A DNA stretch of 64,000 nucleotides from a virus. Every line of letters starts with the position of its first letter. Position 1 is the stretch's first letter. A model generated the notes under the pieces. The model did no database searches. It had not been told where the DNA came from and saw only the letters and a program-made list of their open reading frames with translations. Below are positions 17,346-28,123 of the stretch, piece by piece. The DNA lies in IMG/VR virus record IMGVR_UViG_3300021373_003070. The stretch is one strand, 5' to 3'. Both the position numbers and the translations under genes were made by a program.

Positions 17346-19523
17346 ATGTCAACAATCAACCTACGCGTAGGCAATGATGCTCTTACATTTCAAGAGTTGG
17401 ATAACAACTTTACCAACCTCAATAACGATAAGTACGAATCAGGTGACAACCCAAGTTTTGTTGGTTTAACACTTACTAAAGAGGGTGATGGTTTAGCTAA
17501 AATCACTTCACCCGCTCCATCGGGTGGCAATGACACACAATTTATCCAATTTGACGAATCGACATCGAACCAAGGCTTTGTCTGGATAGCAGTGTCAGAT
17601 GATATGGATGTTGGATCATCAAATGATATTTTCTATGTTGGTGATAGCAATCTTACCGATTGGAGATTTAAAGTAGACGGCGCCGGTCAAGTTTATACAT
17701 CTACCGGAAATGCAGCAGGCGCAAACTTTGTAGCACAAAGAATCTTTGCAGATAACTACCATCCAAACGCCGATAGATGGACAACAGATCGAACGTTAAC
17801 AATTGGCGGCACCGGAAAAACAGTAAACGGTACCGCAAGCGTTTCTTGGTCGTTGGCTGAAATCGGGGTCGATGCTGCTGGTACTATTAATTACGTACAC
17901 CCTCAACCTACTCGTACTAATAATACCTCTACACAAACTGCGACTGCCGGTGGCACGTTTACAGCAATCGATTCTGTAAGTTCAAATGCAAATGGTCATA
18001 TTACAGCCGTAAATACTAAAACTGTTACACTGCCGGCAGATAATAATACCGATACTCTACAAAGCATTGCAAACGATACATCATCAAGTAGTAGATATGT
18101 TACTTTTGTCAATTCAGCGACTGGAGCCCAAACCGGTAAGAGTAGTGGATTACTTCGCTATAAACCAAATGAGGCAATTTTATCTGTAGGTAATACATCT
18201 GTTAGTGAAGTACAAACAAGCGAAGTGTCTTGTTTATCAAATCAACAATTAGTCTTAAATGCAGGTGAGTCTAGAGGTACTATTTCTTCAGCTGGTGTTG
18301 TACAAAACGCCGAAATCATTTATATGAATGCTGAAAACGGTGTGCAGATTAACTCATCATCAAACAATTGGGTTGACAGTGTAAATGGTAACTGGGCTGG
18401 TACAGTACAAACATTAACACTCAATGACTCAAATGGCAACTCATCGTTCCCCGGCAATATAGTAGCCGGAGGAACTGTTGGTGGTTCTAATCTCAGTGGT
18501 ACAAATACAGGTGACGAACCTAATGCATCTGCTACAGCTAGAGGTATTGTAGAATTAGCAACTGTAACCGAAGTTAATGCTGGAACAGATACAACCCGTG
18601 CGGTTACTCCTGCAGGTATTGCTGGATTTACTGGTTCAGCAAATGTTGTTACAGTAGGTACTATTTCATCTGGTACTTGGCAGGGCGGTATTATTAGTAC
18701 AGCTTACCTAGAAAACCAAAGTGGTACAAACACTGGTGATGAACCAGATGCAACAACATCCGTAAAAGGTATTATCGAAATAGCAGGCCCTTCTGAAGTT
18801 ACAGCAGGCACAGATACAACTCGTGCTATTACACCATCCAGTCTGACTTCTATCACTAAGCTTGGTACAATTGGAACTGGTACATGGCAAGGTAGTGTTA
18901 TTGCTTCTGCTTATTTGGATGCTGATACCGCACATCTTTCTGGTTCACAAACATTTACCGGTGCTAAGACATTTAATGCAAATACTACTGTTGTCGGTAT
19001 ATTAGATGTACGACACACAAATGTACAGATGCGTTTGACCGATACAACGTTTAGTAATAATTACTGGGAGCTTGATCACCAAAATGGGTTATTATCATTT
19101 AGATATAACGGCGGCACGGGTGCATTCACTTTGGCGCATGATACTAGTGATGCTACATTTGCTGCGAATGTTGATATTACTGGTACACTCACTGCAACAT
19201 CTAAGTCATTTGACATTGAACACCCAACAAAAGAAAATATGCGATTGCGCTATGGGTCTTTGGAAGGACCAGAAAATGGTGTCTATGTAAGAGGTAAATT
19301 GAGCAACACCAAAGTAATCGAGTTGCCAGACTATTGGACTGGTCTTGTCCATGAAGATACTATTACCGTGTCACTTACACCTATTGGTTCGAACGTCATT
19401 ATGTGGGTAGATAAAGTAGAAGATAATAAAGTTTACATCGAAGCTATTCCATCTATATTCGAATGCTACTATCACGTATTTGCAGAGCGTAAAGACATCG
19501 ATAAGCTCACGGTAGAGTACTAA
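17346..19523 (+). CDS. Tail fibre protein
   Basis: N-terminal LTFQELDNNF and two ASxTxxGIxExAxxxEVxAGTDTTRAxTP fibre repeats (gp34/gpH type). C-terminal KSFDIEHP..LEGPENGVY..LPDYW domain. Confidence 0.8.
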   Translation: MSTINLRVGNDALTFQELDNNFTNLNNDKYESGDNPSFVGLTLTKEGDGLAKITSPAPSGGNDTQFIQFDESTSNQGFVWIAVSDDMDVGSSNDIFYVGDSNLTDWRFKVDGAGQVYTSTGNAAGANFVAQRIFADNYHPNADRWTTDRTLTIGGTGKTVNGTASVSWSLAEIGVDAAGTINYVHPQPTRTNNTSTQTATAGGTFTAIDSVSSNANGHITAVNTKTVTLPADNNTDTLQSIANDTSSSSRYVTFVNSATGAQTGKSSGLLRYKPNEAILSVGNTSVSEVQTSEVSCLSNQQLVLNAGESRGTISSAGVVQNAEIIYMNAENGVQINSSSNNWVDSVNGNWAGTVQTLTLNDSNGNSSFPGNIVAGGTVGGSNLSGTNTGDEPNASATARGIVELATVTEVNAGTDTTRAVTPAGIAGFTGSANVVTVGTISSGTWQGGIISTAYLENQSGTNTGDEPDATTSVKGIIEIAGPSEVTAGTDTTRAITPSSLTSITKLGTIGTGTWQGSVIASAYLDADTAHLSGSQTFTGAKTFNANTTVVGILDVRHTNVQMRLTDTTFSNNYWELDHQNGLLSFRYNGGTGAFTLAHDTSDATFAANVDITGTLTATSKSFDIEHPTKENMRLRYGSLEGPENGVYVRGKLSNTKVIELPDYWTGLVHEDTITVSLTPIGSNVIMWVDKVEDNKVYIEAIPSIFECYYHVFAERKDIDKLTVEY

Positions 19524-20137
19524 TGAGTACCGTATACGGTCCGAAAATACCGGATTTAGTTTATGCCTTCGATCCTCAGACAGGTAAACAAGTCGGTACA
19601 AAATCAAATGTTACGATTGGAAATTCTGTAGGCACTACTCAAAAATATTATGAATTTAATGGTACCTCGTCTATCATTCGTTTTCCATCTGTAACATTAA
19701 CAGAATGGACTGTAGCATATTGGTTTTACGATACATCAACAGGTACTAACTACAATATGACATTCGGTCAAAACGGTGGTACCAATAATCGTTTCTATCA
19801 CCGTGATGATACAACTTCATATAGATTACGAGTACATAATAATGCTAACGTAAGTGTTGGTGATTTAATAATGGCAAATCGACGAGGAGCTTGGACTTTT
19901 CTTGCTTACAGTATGAAGCCCGGCACAAGAAAAACATGGTTGCAAGGATCTCCAGTTGCTAACGTTGCTGAGACTGATAGCTCAGAATTCATATTCGATA
20001 GTATTGGCAATCCATATACAGGATCTAGTTTTTATTGGTTAGGATATATTGGACCAGCATATCTGTATTCACGGCAATTAGAAGATTCAGAAGTATCTGA
20101 TCTATATAATTTAAATGCATCGAGGTTTGGACAATAA
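19523..20137 (+). CDS. Concanavalin A/LamG-like lectin domain protein
   Basis: YYEFNGTSS..WTVAYW..G.IG..YSRQL..EV..LYN..RFG. Confidence 0.7.
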   Translation: MSTVYGPKIPDLVYAFDPQTGKQVGTKSNVTIGNSVGTTQKYYEFNGTSSIIRFPSVTLTEWTVAYWFYDTSTGTNYNMTFGQNGGTNNRFYHRDDTTSYRLRVHNNANVSVGDLIMANRRGAWTFLAYSMKPGTRKTWLQGSPVANVAETDSSEFIFDSIGNPYTGSSFYWLGYIGPAYLYSRQLEDSEVSDLYNLNASRFGQ

Positions 20138-21045
20138 TGGCGATACCAACAAAATGGCTACGCTGCTTATTAGATGCTCGTAATACGAACAGTTACCCGG
20201 GCACTGGCACTACGTGGACAGATCTATCTGGAAATGGTAATAACTTTACTCTGTCTAATACAACATATAATGCAGGTGGTTGGCTTAGCTTTAATGGCAC
20301 GACAAGCGGCGCAATAGGTAGCCCGACTACGCCAAATAATTTTACAGTCGATAATCATTCTACGACTGTGAGTATGTTAGTACGACCAACATCTAATCAA
20401 GGAAACACAAACAAAGCTTTAATCACGGATAACTTTGGACCAGAATTTGGTATCTGGTATAATGGTGCGACCTATACTGCTTATTGTTATTCATCAGCAT
20501 CATATACTAAAACTTTTAACGAGTGGGCTAACGTAACAATGGTAATACCATATGTTGCCAGACAGCCTGCAGATTTGGCCGTAACAGGTGGATCTCATAC
20601 GAGTGGTACAACGACATTATTACTCAATAACGCATCAGGTACATTTACATATGATGCATCTGGTCCGCTCAACGATAGAGTTACAGTCACAGGAAGTAAT
20701 CCATCAGGCTACAATGGAACTTATGCATTGACTGCTGCGAATACAACATCTATTTCATATGCACAAGGCAGTAATCCGGGTACATGGGTATCTGGTTCAC
20801 GGGCTAAAACAAAAGTCGGTAATACGAAAACAGAAATATATGTAGATGGAGAGTTTATCACATCGGGCACTGGTACTGTGGGTAATGGTGCTAATGACTG
20901 GCCTCTTACGATTGGTTACGATAATCAGAGTGGTACACCTACTGCATACTTTACTGGCGATATTGCATGGGTCGGTATCTGGCAAACTGCACTTAATCAA
21001 GTGGATATCAAAAATATTCACCTCGCACTGAAGGGTAGAATGTAA
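20137..21045 (+). CDS. LamG-like lectin protein with an inserted domain
   Basis: LDA.N.NSYPGTGTTWTDLSGNGNN..FNG N-terminus, IYVDG..IG..F.GDI..AL C-terminus and a ~85-aa insertion. Confidence 0.75.
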   Translation: MAIPTKWLRCLLDARNTNSYPGTGTTWTDLSGNGNNFTLSNTTYNAGGWLSFNGTTSGAIGSPTTPNNFTVDNHSTTVSMLVRPTSNQGNTNKALITDNFGPEFGIWYNGATYTAYCYSSASYTKTFNEWANVTMVIPYVARQPADLAVTGGSHTSGTTTLLLNNASGTFTYDASGPLNDRVTVTGSNPSGYNGTYALTAANTTSISYAQGSNPGTWVSGSRAKTKVGNTKTEIYVDGEFITSGTGTVGNGANDWPLTIGYDNQSGTPTAYFTGDIAWVGIWQTALNQVDIKNIHLALKGRM

Positions 21046-22442
21046 TGGCTGGCAATGCTGTAGCTACAAAAAATTGTATTCTATTCATGGATATGTGGAA
21101 TGATAAGTCATTTCGTGGTGCACCTGCGACAAATATACAAGAACAATTAAACGCAGATAGAAATCCTACACAATCTGATGCATGGACAGATTATTCGAGT
21201 TCAGTATCAAGTCCCGGCAGATGGTCAGTAAATCATCAAGATGCAATTAAAGTTTATAATCGAGTCGGCTCAAACATTTCATCTAAGAATAATACCGGCG
21301 TTCAGAACTGGAAGCAGACGTATCATGGTCATTGGATATATGATGAAGAGTTAGGATATCCCGTACAGATCATGAGAGACATTGGAGATGGTTCATGGTT
21401 GTACGCCGGCGGTGGTTTAAACAGTGCCGTGAATACACCGACAAAATGTGGATTAGGACTCGGTGATCAATACGTGATATCATGGGATCAATGGACGACT
21501 AGTATAAGTAAGTCTGCGAACTGTGGTTTATATGGACAGAATACTACAGGAACACAGAACGCGTTTCACGATGGCCTATCAAATCAGGCAGGTGATACGG
21601 CTTACAATACAAAAGCATATACATGGGAACGATGCTGGGGTATCTTTACGATCAGTGCTAATCGTGGATTAGATGCGACTTGGTCGATGTATAATTATGG
21701 CATGTATCTAGGTCGTGGTATTTTAAAGGTCGCTAACTTTCAAATCGAAGTTGGCAATCATCCATCGAAATATGTGATACCAACTGGTGCTAAAACATAT
21801 AATGCAACAAGAACAACATCAGAATCAGTAGTCGATATTACACGTAAAAACGATCTGACTGTCAGCAATCTATCATTCGAGATTGATAATCGACGAGAAG
21901 CATTTGCATTTGATAACACATTAAATAGCAAAATAAACGGTGTCCAATCATCAGATGCTCAGATCACAGCCGGTGGAGCAATGAGTTTTGACGGATGGGT
22001 ACAAGTGAATTCATCACAAAATAACTCATTCCCTTATATTCTTCAGTATGGTGCATCATGTATTATCCATGTTAGTCAAACACCGGGCACTAATCCATAT
22101 TTAGCATTTAATGCATATACAGCAGCTGGATTAAAGCAACTTACTTTCTCATCATTTTTTAGTGGTGAGCAGGATACTAATTGGGTACATTTTGCATGCA
22201 CGTGGGATGGCACGAGTGGTCAAAAAATATATAAGAACGGTGTACAAGTAGCATCGACGACTCAAACTGCAACGACTACAACCGCAACAGGTTCAGGTGG
22301 TCTTGCGATTGGTGGTAATAATGTCGACAACAATCGAAATTTCAACGGCAAGATTGGAGCAATGAGAGCTTACAATCGAGTATTAACTGCAAAAGAAGTT
22401 TATCAAAATTACCAAGCATCTCGTGGACAATACGGAGTATAA
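21045..22442 (+). CDS. LamG-like lectin protein with an inserted carbohydrate-binding-like domain
   Basis: C-terminal WVHFACTWDG..IYKNG..FNGKIG..YNRVL..EV.QNY. Confidence 0.75.
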   Translation: MAGNAVATKNCILFMDMWNDKSFRGAPATNIQEQLNADRNPTQSDAWTDYSSSVSSPGRWSVNHQDAIKVYNRVGSNISSKNNTGVQNWKQTYHGHWIYDEELGYPVQIMRDIGDGSWLYAGGGLNSAVNTPTKCGLGLGDQYVISWDQWTTSISKSANCGLYGQNTTGTQNAFHDGLSNQAGDTAYNTKAYTWERCWGIFTISANRGLDATWSMYNYGMYLGRGILKVANFQIEVGNHPSKYVIPTGAKTYNATRTTSESVVDITRKNDLTVSNLSFEIDNRREAFAFDNTLNSKINGVQSSDAQITAGGAMSFDGWVQVNSSQNNSFPYILQYGASCIIHVSQTPGTNPYLAFNAYTAAGLKQLTFSSFFSGEQDTNWVHFACTWDGTSGQKIYKNGVQVASTTQTATTTTATGSGGLAIGGNNVDNNRNFNGKIGAMRAYNRVLTAKEVYQNYQASRGQYGV

Positions 22443-22445
22443 ATA
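22438..22445 (+). promoter_or_regulatory. T4-type late promoter
   Basis: TATAAATA overlapping a stop codon. Confidence 0.65.
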
Positions 22446-22450
22446 AAAGC

Positions 22451-23089
22451 ATGGCTGATTCAGATAAAGACATTTTAATTACTCCACAAACTGGCACTTC
22501 TTCGGATCCATCGATACAGTTTAAGAGTGGTGCTACATCCGGTGACCCTATTACGTTGTCAGTAACAGACGATGGGACCACTTCTACTCTTGATTTTAGT
22601 GGCTCAGCTGGCCAGCTATTTTCAATAAGTAACGATTTATCTGGCACAGTTTTTAGTGCAGCAGATGGTTCAGGTATACCAGTTATTGAAGCAGATGCCG
22701 ATGGCACAGTTAGATTAGCACCGTTTGGTGGCGTTATTGAAACCGGCGGACCAACTCGAGAAAATCTAAACACAACATCTGGCACATCAGTATCGATAGA
22801 CTTAGATCAAGGTTCTATGTTTTGGCATACAGCAGGAGCAGGTACAACAACTGTTACATTTAGCAATGGACCAGCTTCTGATCAAACACAGACTATCATG
22901 TTTGTACATCAACAAGATGGTACGGGTAACAGAGCTATCTCATGGCCGGGCGGCGTTTCTTGGGCTGAGAATGTAGAACCACCAGAATCTACAGGCCCTA
23001 ATGATATTGACGTCTACACAATTCAAGTCATAAATAAAGGCGGTACTACATATTATATGATAACATTGGCGGTTAGAAACGCTAGCTAA
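22451..23089 (+). CDS. Tail-fibre-associated adaptor protein
   Basis: MADSDKDILITP..GQLFSI N-terminus; QDGTGNR.ISWP..WAENVEPP..DIDVY C-terminal domain. Confidence 0.65.
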   Translation: MADSDKDILITPQTGTSSDPSIQFKSGATSGDPITLSVTDDGTTSTLDFSGSAGQLFSISNDLSGTVFSAADGSGIPVIEADADGTVRLAPFGGVIETGGPTRENLNTTSGTSVSIDLDQGSMFWHTAGAGTTTVTFSNGPASDQTQTIMFVHQQDGTGNRAISWPGGVSWAENVEPPESTGPNDIDVYTIQVINKGGTTYYMITLAVRNAS

Positions 23090-23097
23090 TATAAATA
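23090..23097 (+). promoter_or_regulatory. T4-type late promoter
   Basis: Intergenic TATAAATA. Confidence 0.8.
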
Positions 23098-23109
23098 AAT
23101 GGTGAATAA

Positions 23110-23283
23110 ATGACTAAGGTGAATGATCATCAAGTAGGCACGGGCTTATCTGGTGTTTTAGAAATTAAGAAGCCTGACGGCTCAGTCGAAAAATTAGTTT
23201 TAAACGGTAAGAGAATATCAACAGGAGATAAATCTCATGGCAACATTAAACCATCCAACAGCGGTTCGGAACGCGATCGCTGA
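23110..23283 (+). CDS. Small hypothetical protein (57 aa, not in the ORF track)
   Basis: MTKVNDHQVGTGLSGVLEIKKPDGSVEKL... directly after the late promoter at 23090; overlaps the next gene by 47 nt. Confidence 0.45.
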   Translation: MTKVNDHQVGTGLSGVLEIKKPDGSVEKLVLNGKRISTGDKSHGNIKPSNSGSERDR

Positions 23284-23632
23284 TACAGTAGTAGATCGTA
23301 TCGACGCCGGTGCCGGTGCTGGTAAATTGAAGTTTTACACATCAGATGGTGGATCTCTTCTGGCGACATTGACATTTAGCGATCCTGCATTTGGAAACGC
23401 TGGTGCTTCAGTTGCTGGCCGAGCAGACGCAGCTGCTATCACTTCTGACACAAACACATCAGCCGGTACTGTTACTTTCTTCGAAGTAACTGATTCGAAC
23501 GATGTTATTGTATTCGAAGGTGACGTAACATCCGATGACGTAGGTACTGGTTCTATCCAGCTTTCATCTACAACCCTCGGTACTGGCGATACTTTGTCAG
23601 TAAGCTCACTACAGTACACCGCTCCAGTATAA
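23237..23632 (+). CDS. Conserved small virion protein
   Basis: GGAG RBS; RNAIAD..GKLKFY..LLATLTFSDPAFG family-like sequence. Confidence 0.75.
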   Translation: MATLNHPTAVRNAIADTVVDRIDAGAGAGKLKFYTSDGGSLLATLTFSDPAFGNAGASVAGRADAAAITSDTNTSAGTVTFFEVTDSNDVIVFEGDVTSDDVGTGSIQLSSTTLGTGDTLSVSSLQYTAPV

Positions 23633-23692
23633 ACTAGTGACTTTCCTGGGTAACTACTCTTTCAGTTACCCGAATGGTAAACTGAAAACTCG

Positions 23693-23716
23693 AATGGGCC
23701 TTCGTGGCCCATTTGT
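23693..23716 (+). terminator. Hairpin terminator-like element
   Basis: AATGGGCC-TTCGT-GGCCCATT followed by a short T-rich tail. Confidence 0.55.
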
Positions 23717-23734
23717 TGTGCGTAGAGGTTATCA

Positions 23735-26700
23735 ATGGCATTAGTACGCACAATCTACCATGTTGACGATTATGTAGCGGTTGGCTATGTAAGAAAAACC
23801 GAAGAGCTGGAAGGTGTAGCTGGTATTGGCGCATCTTCATTATCAGGCGTCGGTGAACGTAAAGCTCCAGCTACTGGCTCACTCGTATCAGCAAATTCTA
23901 GTCTATCAAATGCTGATGGTGAACGTGAAGTTAAAGTATTATCAGGTGTACCACAGGTCACCGTTTCTCTATCTGGTTCTGGTAAAACAAATAGAATTGC
24001 TGTAGGTTCTATTGTATCTGCAAACAGTTCAATCTCTAGTGTTGGCGAAAGAACTATCAGTGGTTCTGGTTCCGTCACAAAATCTAACAACTTTATTGCG
24101 AGCACCGGTGAAAGAACTGTAGTCGGTTCTGGTTCGATGCCACAGGAGACGAATCAAGTTGTTGGTGTCGGTGAACGCAGAGTTACTAAAGTTGGCGCTG
24201 GAAATCTAGTATCTGCAAACTCATCAATATCGAGTTCAGTAAAAAGATCAATTACAGGTACTGGATCTCTGCCACAGGAGACCAATCAGCTTGTTGGTGT
24301 TGGTGAAAGAGGTGCGTCAGGTGCAGGTTCATTACCACAGAAAACCAACACCTTGGCTGGTATCGGCGAACGAGCTTCGGTTGCTGTCGGTCAGCTACCA
24401 CAAAAAACCAATACGGTATCAGGCACTGGTCAACACGGTCTAGTAGGAAATGGATCAATTGTATCAGCCAATAACAGCATTGCTGGTGCCGGCGAAAGAA
24501 TAATAACCTCATCTAGTAATATTCAACAAGGCGATCACAGCCTATCAGGTTTAGGTGAGAAAAGCGCTTCCGGAAGTGGCAATCTACCACAAAAGACTAA
24601 CACACTGGCTGGTGTTGGTGAGCGTGTTATTACGGCCAGCGGCTCATTATCATTAGCAAATAGCAGCGCTACAAGTTCTGGTATAATAGAAAGAGTTGGT
24701 ACCGGTACACTTATTACAACGGCTGCACTTTCTTCCATAGCTGAAAGAACTATATCTGGTCCCGGCCATTTACCAACTCCTGAAGTAACACTTGCAGGTA
24801 TTGCTGAACGTACGATTACTGGCACGAGTTCTTTACCTCAAAAGACTAATACACTCTCAGGTATTGCAGAACGAGAAATCTCTGGTTCGGTTTCTCTTAC
24901 CACATCTGCTTCACTTTCTGGTTCCGGTGAGAGATTAATTACTGGCACAGGCGAGCTGCCGGTTGAAACAAATACTCTATCAGGTATTGGCTTACGAACT
25001 GTTATATCATCAGGTTCGGTGCTATCTGCAAATTCAGCTATTAGTTCTGTTAGCGAAAGAAGCATCACTGGTTCAGGTTCGCTGCCGCAAGAAACAAATG
25101 AATTAGCCGGTGTCGGTGAAAGAATAATCACAGGTACCTCATCCGTTGTAGCTGATAATTCGTCTATAACTGGCACATCGACACGCTTGATTGACAGCGA
25201 TTCAACACTTATTACCACTGCATCTACATCTGGTGTAGGTGAACGAGAAATTGTATCATCTTCGGGCAATTTAGAATCTGATGTTTCAAGTGTCTTCGGA
25301 CTGGCATTTGCAGGACCAGCTTCAACATTCTCTACACTTCAAGCAGCAAATAGCTCGATATCGAGCGTCGGTGAAAGAATCGTAACAGGTTCTGCGACGT
25401 TAAATACATTCGTCTCGATATTCAGCGAAGGTGAGAGATCTGTAACTGTAGTCGGATCACTAGATTCAGCTAATTCAAGCATATCGAGTGTAGGTGAAAG
25501 ATCTATAACTGTCGCTGGTAATCTTACTGCTACAGATGATTCTGCAGTCGGTACTGGTTTACGAACGATAGTCTCTACACCAACATTGACAACCGAAGCT
25601 AGTGTTTCTTCGACCGGTACGCGTACCATAGTTGGTTCTGCTACACTCACAACAACAGGATCAGTACAATCACCAGTACCGGCTGAGCGCGAAGTCAAGC
25701 TTATTTCCGGTGTGCCACAAGTTGAAGTATCGATAAGCGGTGAAGGTTTACGAACAGTTGTTACTGGCACAAATAATGTTGAATCTGAAACGTCTTCACT
25801 CTTAGGTAATGGACAAGCAGGAAAGACTGCATCTGGCAATGTTGTTTCTGCTAACTCATCAATCTCCGGTGATGGTATCAGAGAGATTGTCAGTGATCCT
25901 ATTTCACTGACAACTACAGGCTCTATATCAAGTAATGGTGTTCGAACTGTACCGGGTAGTGGATCACTGATCACAACCACATCAATCGATGGTATTGCTG
26001 AAAGAATAATTACGACAGGTACAAATACATTAGTATCTGCCAACTCATCAATTGCCGGTATCGCTGAAAGAGTCATTGAAGGTAGTGGCGCATTACCACA
26101 AAATAATAGCAGCCTGACTTCAACTGACGGCGAGAGAGAAATTACCGTCGTATCTGGCATATCACCAACAAGCGCTCAAGTTGATGGTGAAGGTATAAGA
26201 CAAACTGTTGGTACTGGTAGCGTTGTTGCAGCTGCCAACCTAGACGGCGTGGTCGAACGTATTATTACATCGACTGGTAACTTACCACAAAATAATTCAT
26301 CGCTTCTTGGTGATGGTGCACGCGGACCGCTAGGTACTGGTTCTATAGTATCAGGTAATTCATCCGTACAATCTCCTGTACCAGCTGAGCGTGAGGTCAA
26401 GGTTGTATCAGGTATATCACCAACCGCAGCAAATGTAGATGGTGCTGGTTTAAGAACTATTATAAGTGATACAAATACACTTGAAACCACATCGACATTA
26501 GATGGTGCTGTTGAACGCATAATCACCGGATTTGACTCGCTTCCACAACCTACTGCATCGCTAGCTGGTATCGGTGATAGAGATATTACTGGTACAGGCG
26601 TGCTGCCTCAAAATAATAGTAGTGTGTCTTCAACTGATGGTGAACGTGAAGTTACACTTGTATCAGGTATCTCGCCAACATCAGCTGAGTTTGCAGGTCA

Positions 26701-28087
26701 AGGTCTCAGAACTATTACTGGATCGGGTCAATTTACAGCAGTCGGAAACGAATTAACTGGCGATGCTATTCGCCAAATTGTCAGCGAATTTACAACATTA
26801 CCACAAAATAATAGTAGCATATCTGGAGTCGGTGAAGCTGAAAAGACAGCGGAGTCTGCAGATCTTATTGCAGGTATATCTCAAGCTTCAGGTTCTGGTA
26901 TACGCGAAGTTAAGTTCATATCGCTATCACAACCTGTAGCTACATTAGATGGTCAAGGCTTAAGATCAATATCTGGTTCAGGTTCAGTAATTGGTGAATC
27001 GTCGATTGATAATGATGCTGATCGAATTATTGTATCTGTAAGTGCAGATCTCGTACTTGATGCATCAGAAGTTTCTGGTTCGGGCGCGAAAGGACCGACA
27101 GCGATAGTATTTAATGTACAAGCTGCTCCATCTTCAGTCGTATCGCCAGCCGTTGGTGAGCGTGAAGTCAAATTAGTATCAGGTATATCTCCAACGTTTG
27201 CGTCAGTAAGTGGTGAAGGTGCTAAAAACTTCAACATATCAGCAACGTTTACTACCACGGCATCAGTATCTGGTTCAGGATTTAGATTTATTGCAGGTCC
27301 GGGCCATCTACCTGAACTCGAATCTACATTAAATGCTTCTGGCTTGCGTACTGTTATTGTTGATCCAATCGATATTACAATATCAAATTCATCTGTTGCT
27401 GGTACTGCACTTAGAGAAATCAGATCGACGTCAACAGAATTACCTCGAAACGATTCGGTTGTACAATCACCTGCTCCTGTTGAACGCGAAGTCAAGTTAA
27501 TCTCTGGTGTACCACAAATTGAGACATCGGTATCTGGTACCGCGAACAGAGGATTAACTGCAACCACTAACTTACCACAGAAAACAAACACATTATCAGG
27601 TTCTGGTGTAAGAACGATCGAGGTTACCACTAATCTTCAAGCTTCGAGCAGTCTTGCAGGTTCAGGTAGCAAAACGGTCAAGGTTATATCTGGTGCGCTT
27701 GTCTCTGGTAATAGTGCAATCTATCCAAATGGTATTGTCGAGAGAAAAGGTACAGGTTCGCTTGTATCCGGTATCAGTATCTTTAGATCTAAAGTCGCCC
27801 GTGATATCGTAGGTGAAGGCTTCTTAGTATCGAGCAATTCGACTTTACTTTCAGACGCAGATACTGGCACCAATGAATCTGTAGTATCAGGACCATCTAC
27901 TGTTGTTGGTGTTGGTTCTATATTAAAAGTAAATCAAGTCATTACAATCAAGAACGTCGATCAAGTCGAAACAATAAGTATTGTAATAGAAGATGGACCG
28001 GGCATCATAATTAAAGATGCCGAAGCAATAAAAACCGTTAATTCGACAATGGAATCAGAATTAATCATATCGTCGAAAGTAGCATAG
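23735..28087 (+). CDS. Ser/Gly/Thr-rich repetitive fibre protein (possible collar/whisker equivalent)
   Basis: 1450 aa of ~24-aa repeats (GxGERxITGSGSLPQxTNxL). It lies immediately upstream of gp13, where T4 has wac. Confidence 0.7.
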   Translation: MALVRTIYHVDDYVAVGYVRKTEELEGVAGIGASSLSGVGERKAPATGSLVSANSSLSNADGEREVKVLSGVPQVTVSLSGSGKTNRIAVGSIVSANSSISSVGERTISGSGSVTKSNNFIASTGERTVVGSGSMPQETNQVVGVGERRVTKVGAGNLVSANSSISSSVKRSITGTGSLPQETNQLVGVGERGASGAGSLPQKTNTLAGIGERASVAVGQLPQKTNTVSGTGQHGLVGNGSIVSANNSIAGAGERIITSSSNIQQGDHSLSGLGEKSASGSGNLPQKTNTLAGVGERVITASGSLSLANSSATSSGIIERVGTGTLITTAALSSIAERTISGPGHLPTPEVTLAGIAERTITGTSSLPQKTNTLSGIAEREISGSVSLTTSASLSGSGERLITGTGELPVETNTLSGIGLRTVISSGSVLSANSAISSVSERSITGSGSLPQETNELAGVGERIITGTSSVVADNSSITGTSTRLIDSDSTLITTASTSGVGEREIVSSSGNLESDVSSVFGLAFAGPASTFSTLQAANSSISSVGERIVTGSATLNTFVSIFSEGERSVTVVGSLDSANSSISSVGERSITVAGNLTATDDSAVGTGLRTIVSTPTLTTEASVSSTGTRTIVGSATLTTTGSVQSPVPAEREVKLISGVPQVEVSISGEGLRTVVTGTNNVESETSSLLGNGQAGKTASGNVVSANSSISGDGIREIVSDPISLTTTGSISSNGVRTVPGSGSLITTTSIDGIAERIITTGTNTLVSANSSIAGIAERVIEGSGALPQNNSSLTSTDGEREITVVSGISPTSAQVDGEGIRQTVGTGSVVAAANLDGVVERIITSTGNLPQNNSSLLGDGARGPLGTGSIVSGNSSVQSPVPAEREVKVVSGISPTAANVDGAGLRTIISDTNTLETTSTLDGAVERIITGFDSLPQPTASLAGIGDRDITGTGVLPQNNSSVSSTDGEREVTLVSGISPTSAEFAGQGLRTITGSGQFTAVGNELTGDAIRQIVSEFTTLPQNNSSISGVGEAEKTAESADLIAGISQASGSGIREVKFISLSQPVATLDGQGLRSISGSGSVIGESSIDNDADRIIVSVSADLVLDASEVSGSGAKGPTAIVFNVQAAPSSVVSPAVGEREVKLVSGISPTFASVSGEGAKNFNISATFTTTASVSGSGFRFIAGPGHLPELESTLNASGLRTVIVDPIDITISNSSVAGTALREIRSTSTELPRNDSVVQSPAPVEREVKLISGVPQIETSVSGTANRGLTATTNLPQKTNTLSGSGVRTIEVTTNLQASSSLAGSGSKTVKVISGALVSGNSAIYPNGIVERKGTGSLVSGISIFRSKVARDIVGEGFLVSSNSTLLSDADTGTNESVVSGPSTVVGVGSILKVNQVITIKNVDQVETISIVIEDGPGIIIKDAEAIKTVNSTMESELIISSKVA

Positions 28088-28123
28088 CATAAATAAAATA
28101 ATAAAACGTTACGAGGATATCCC

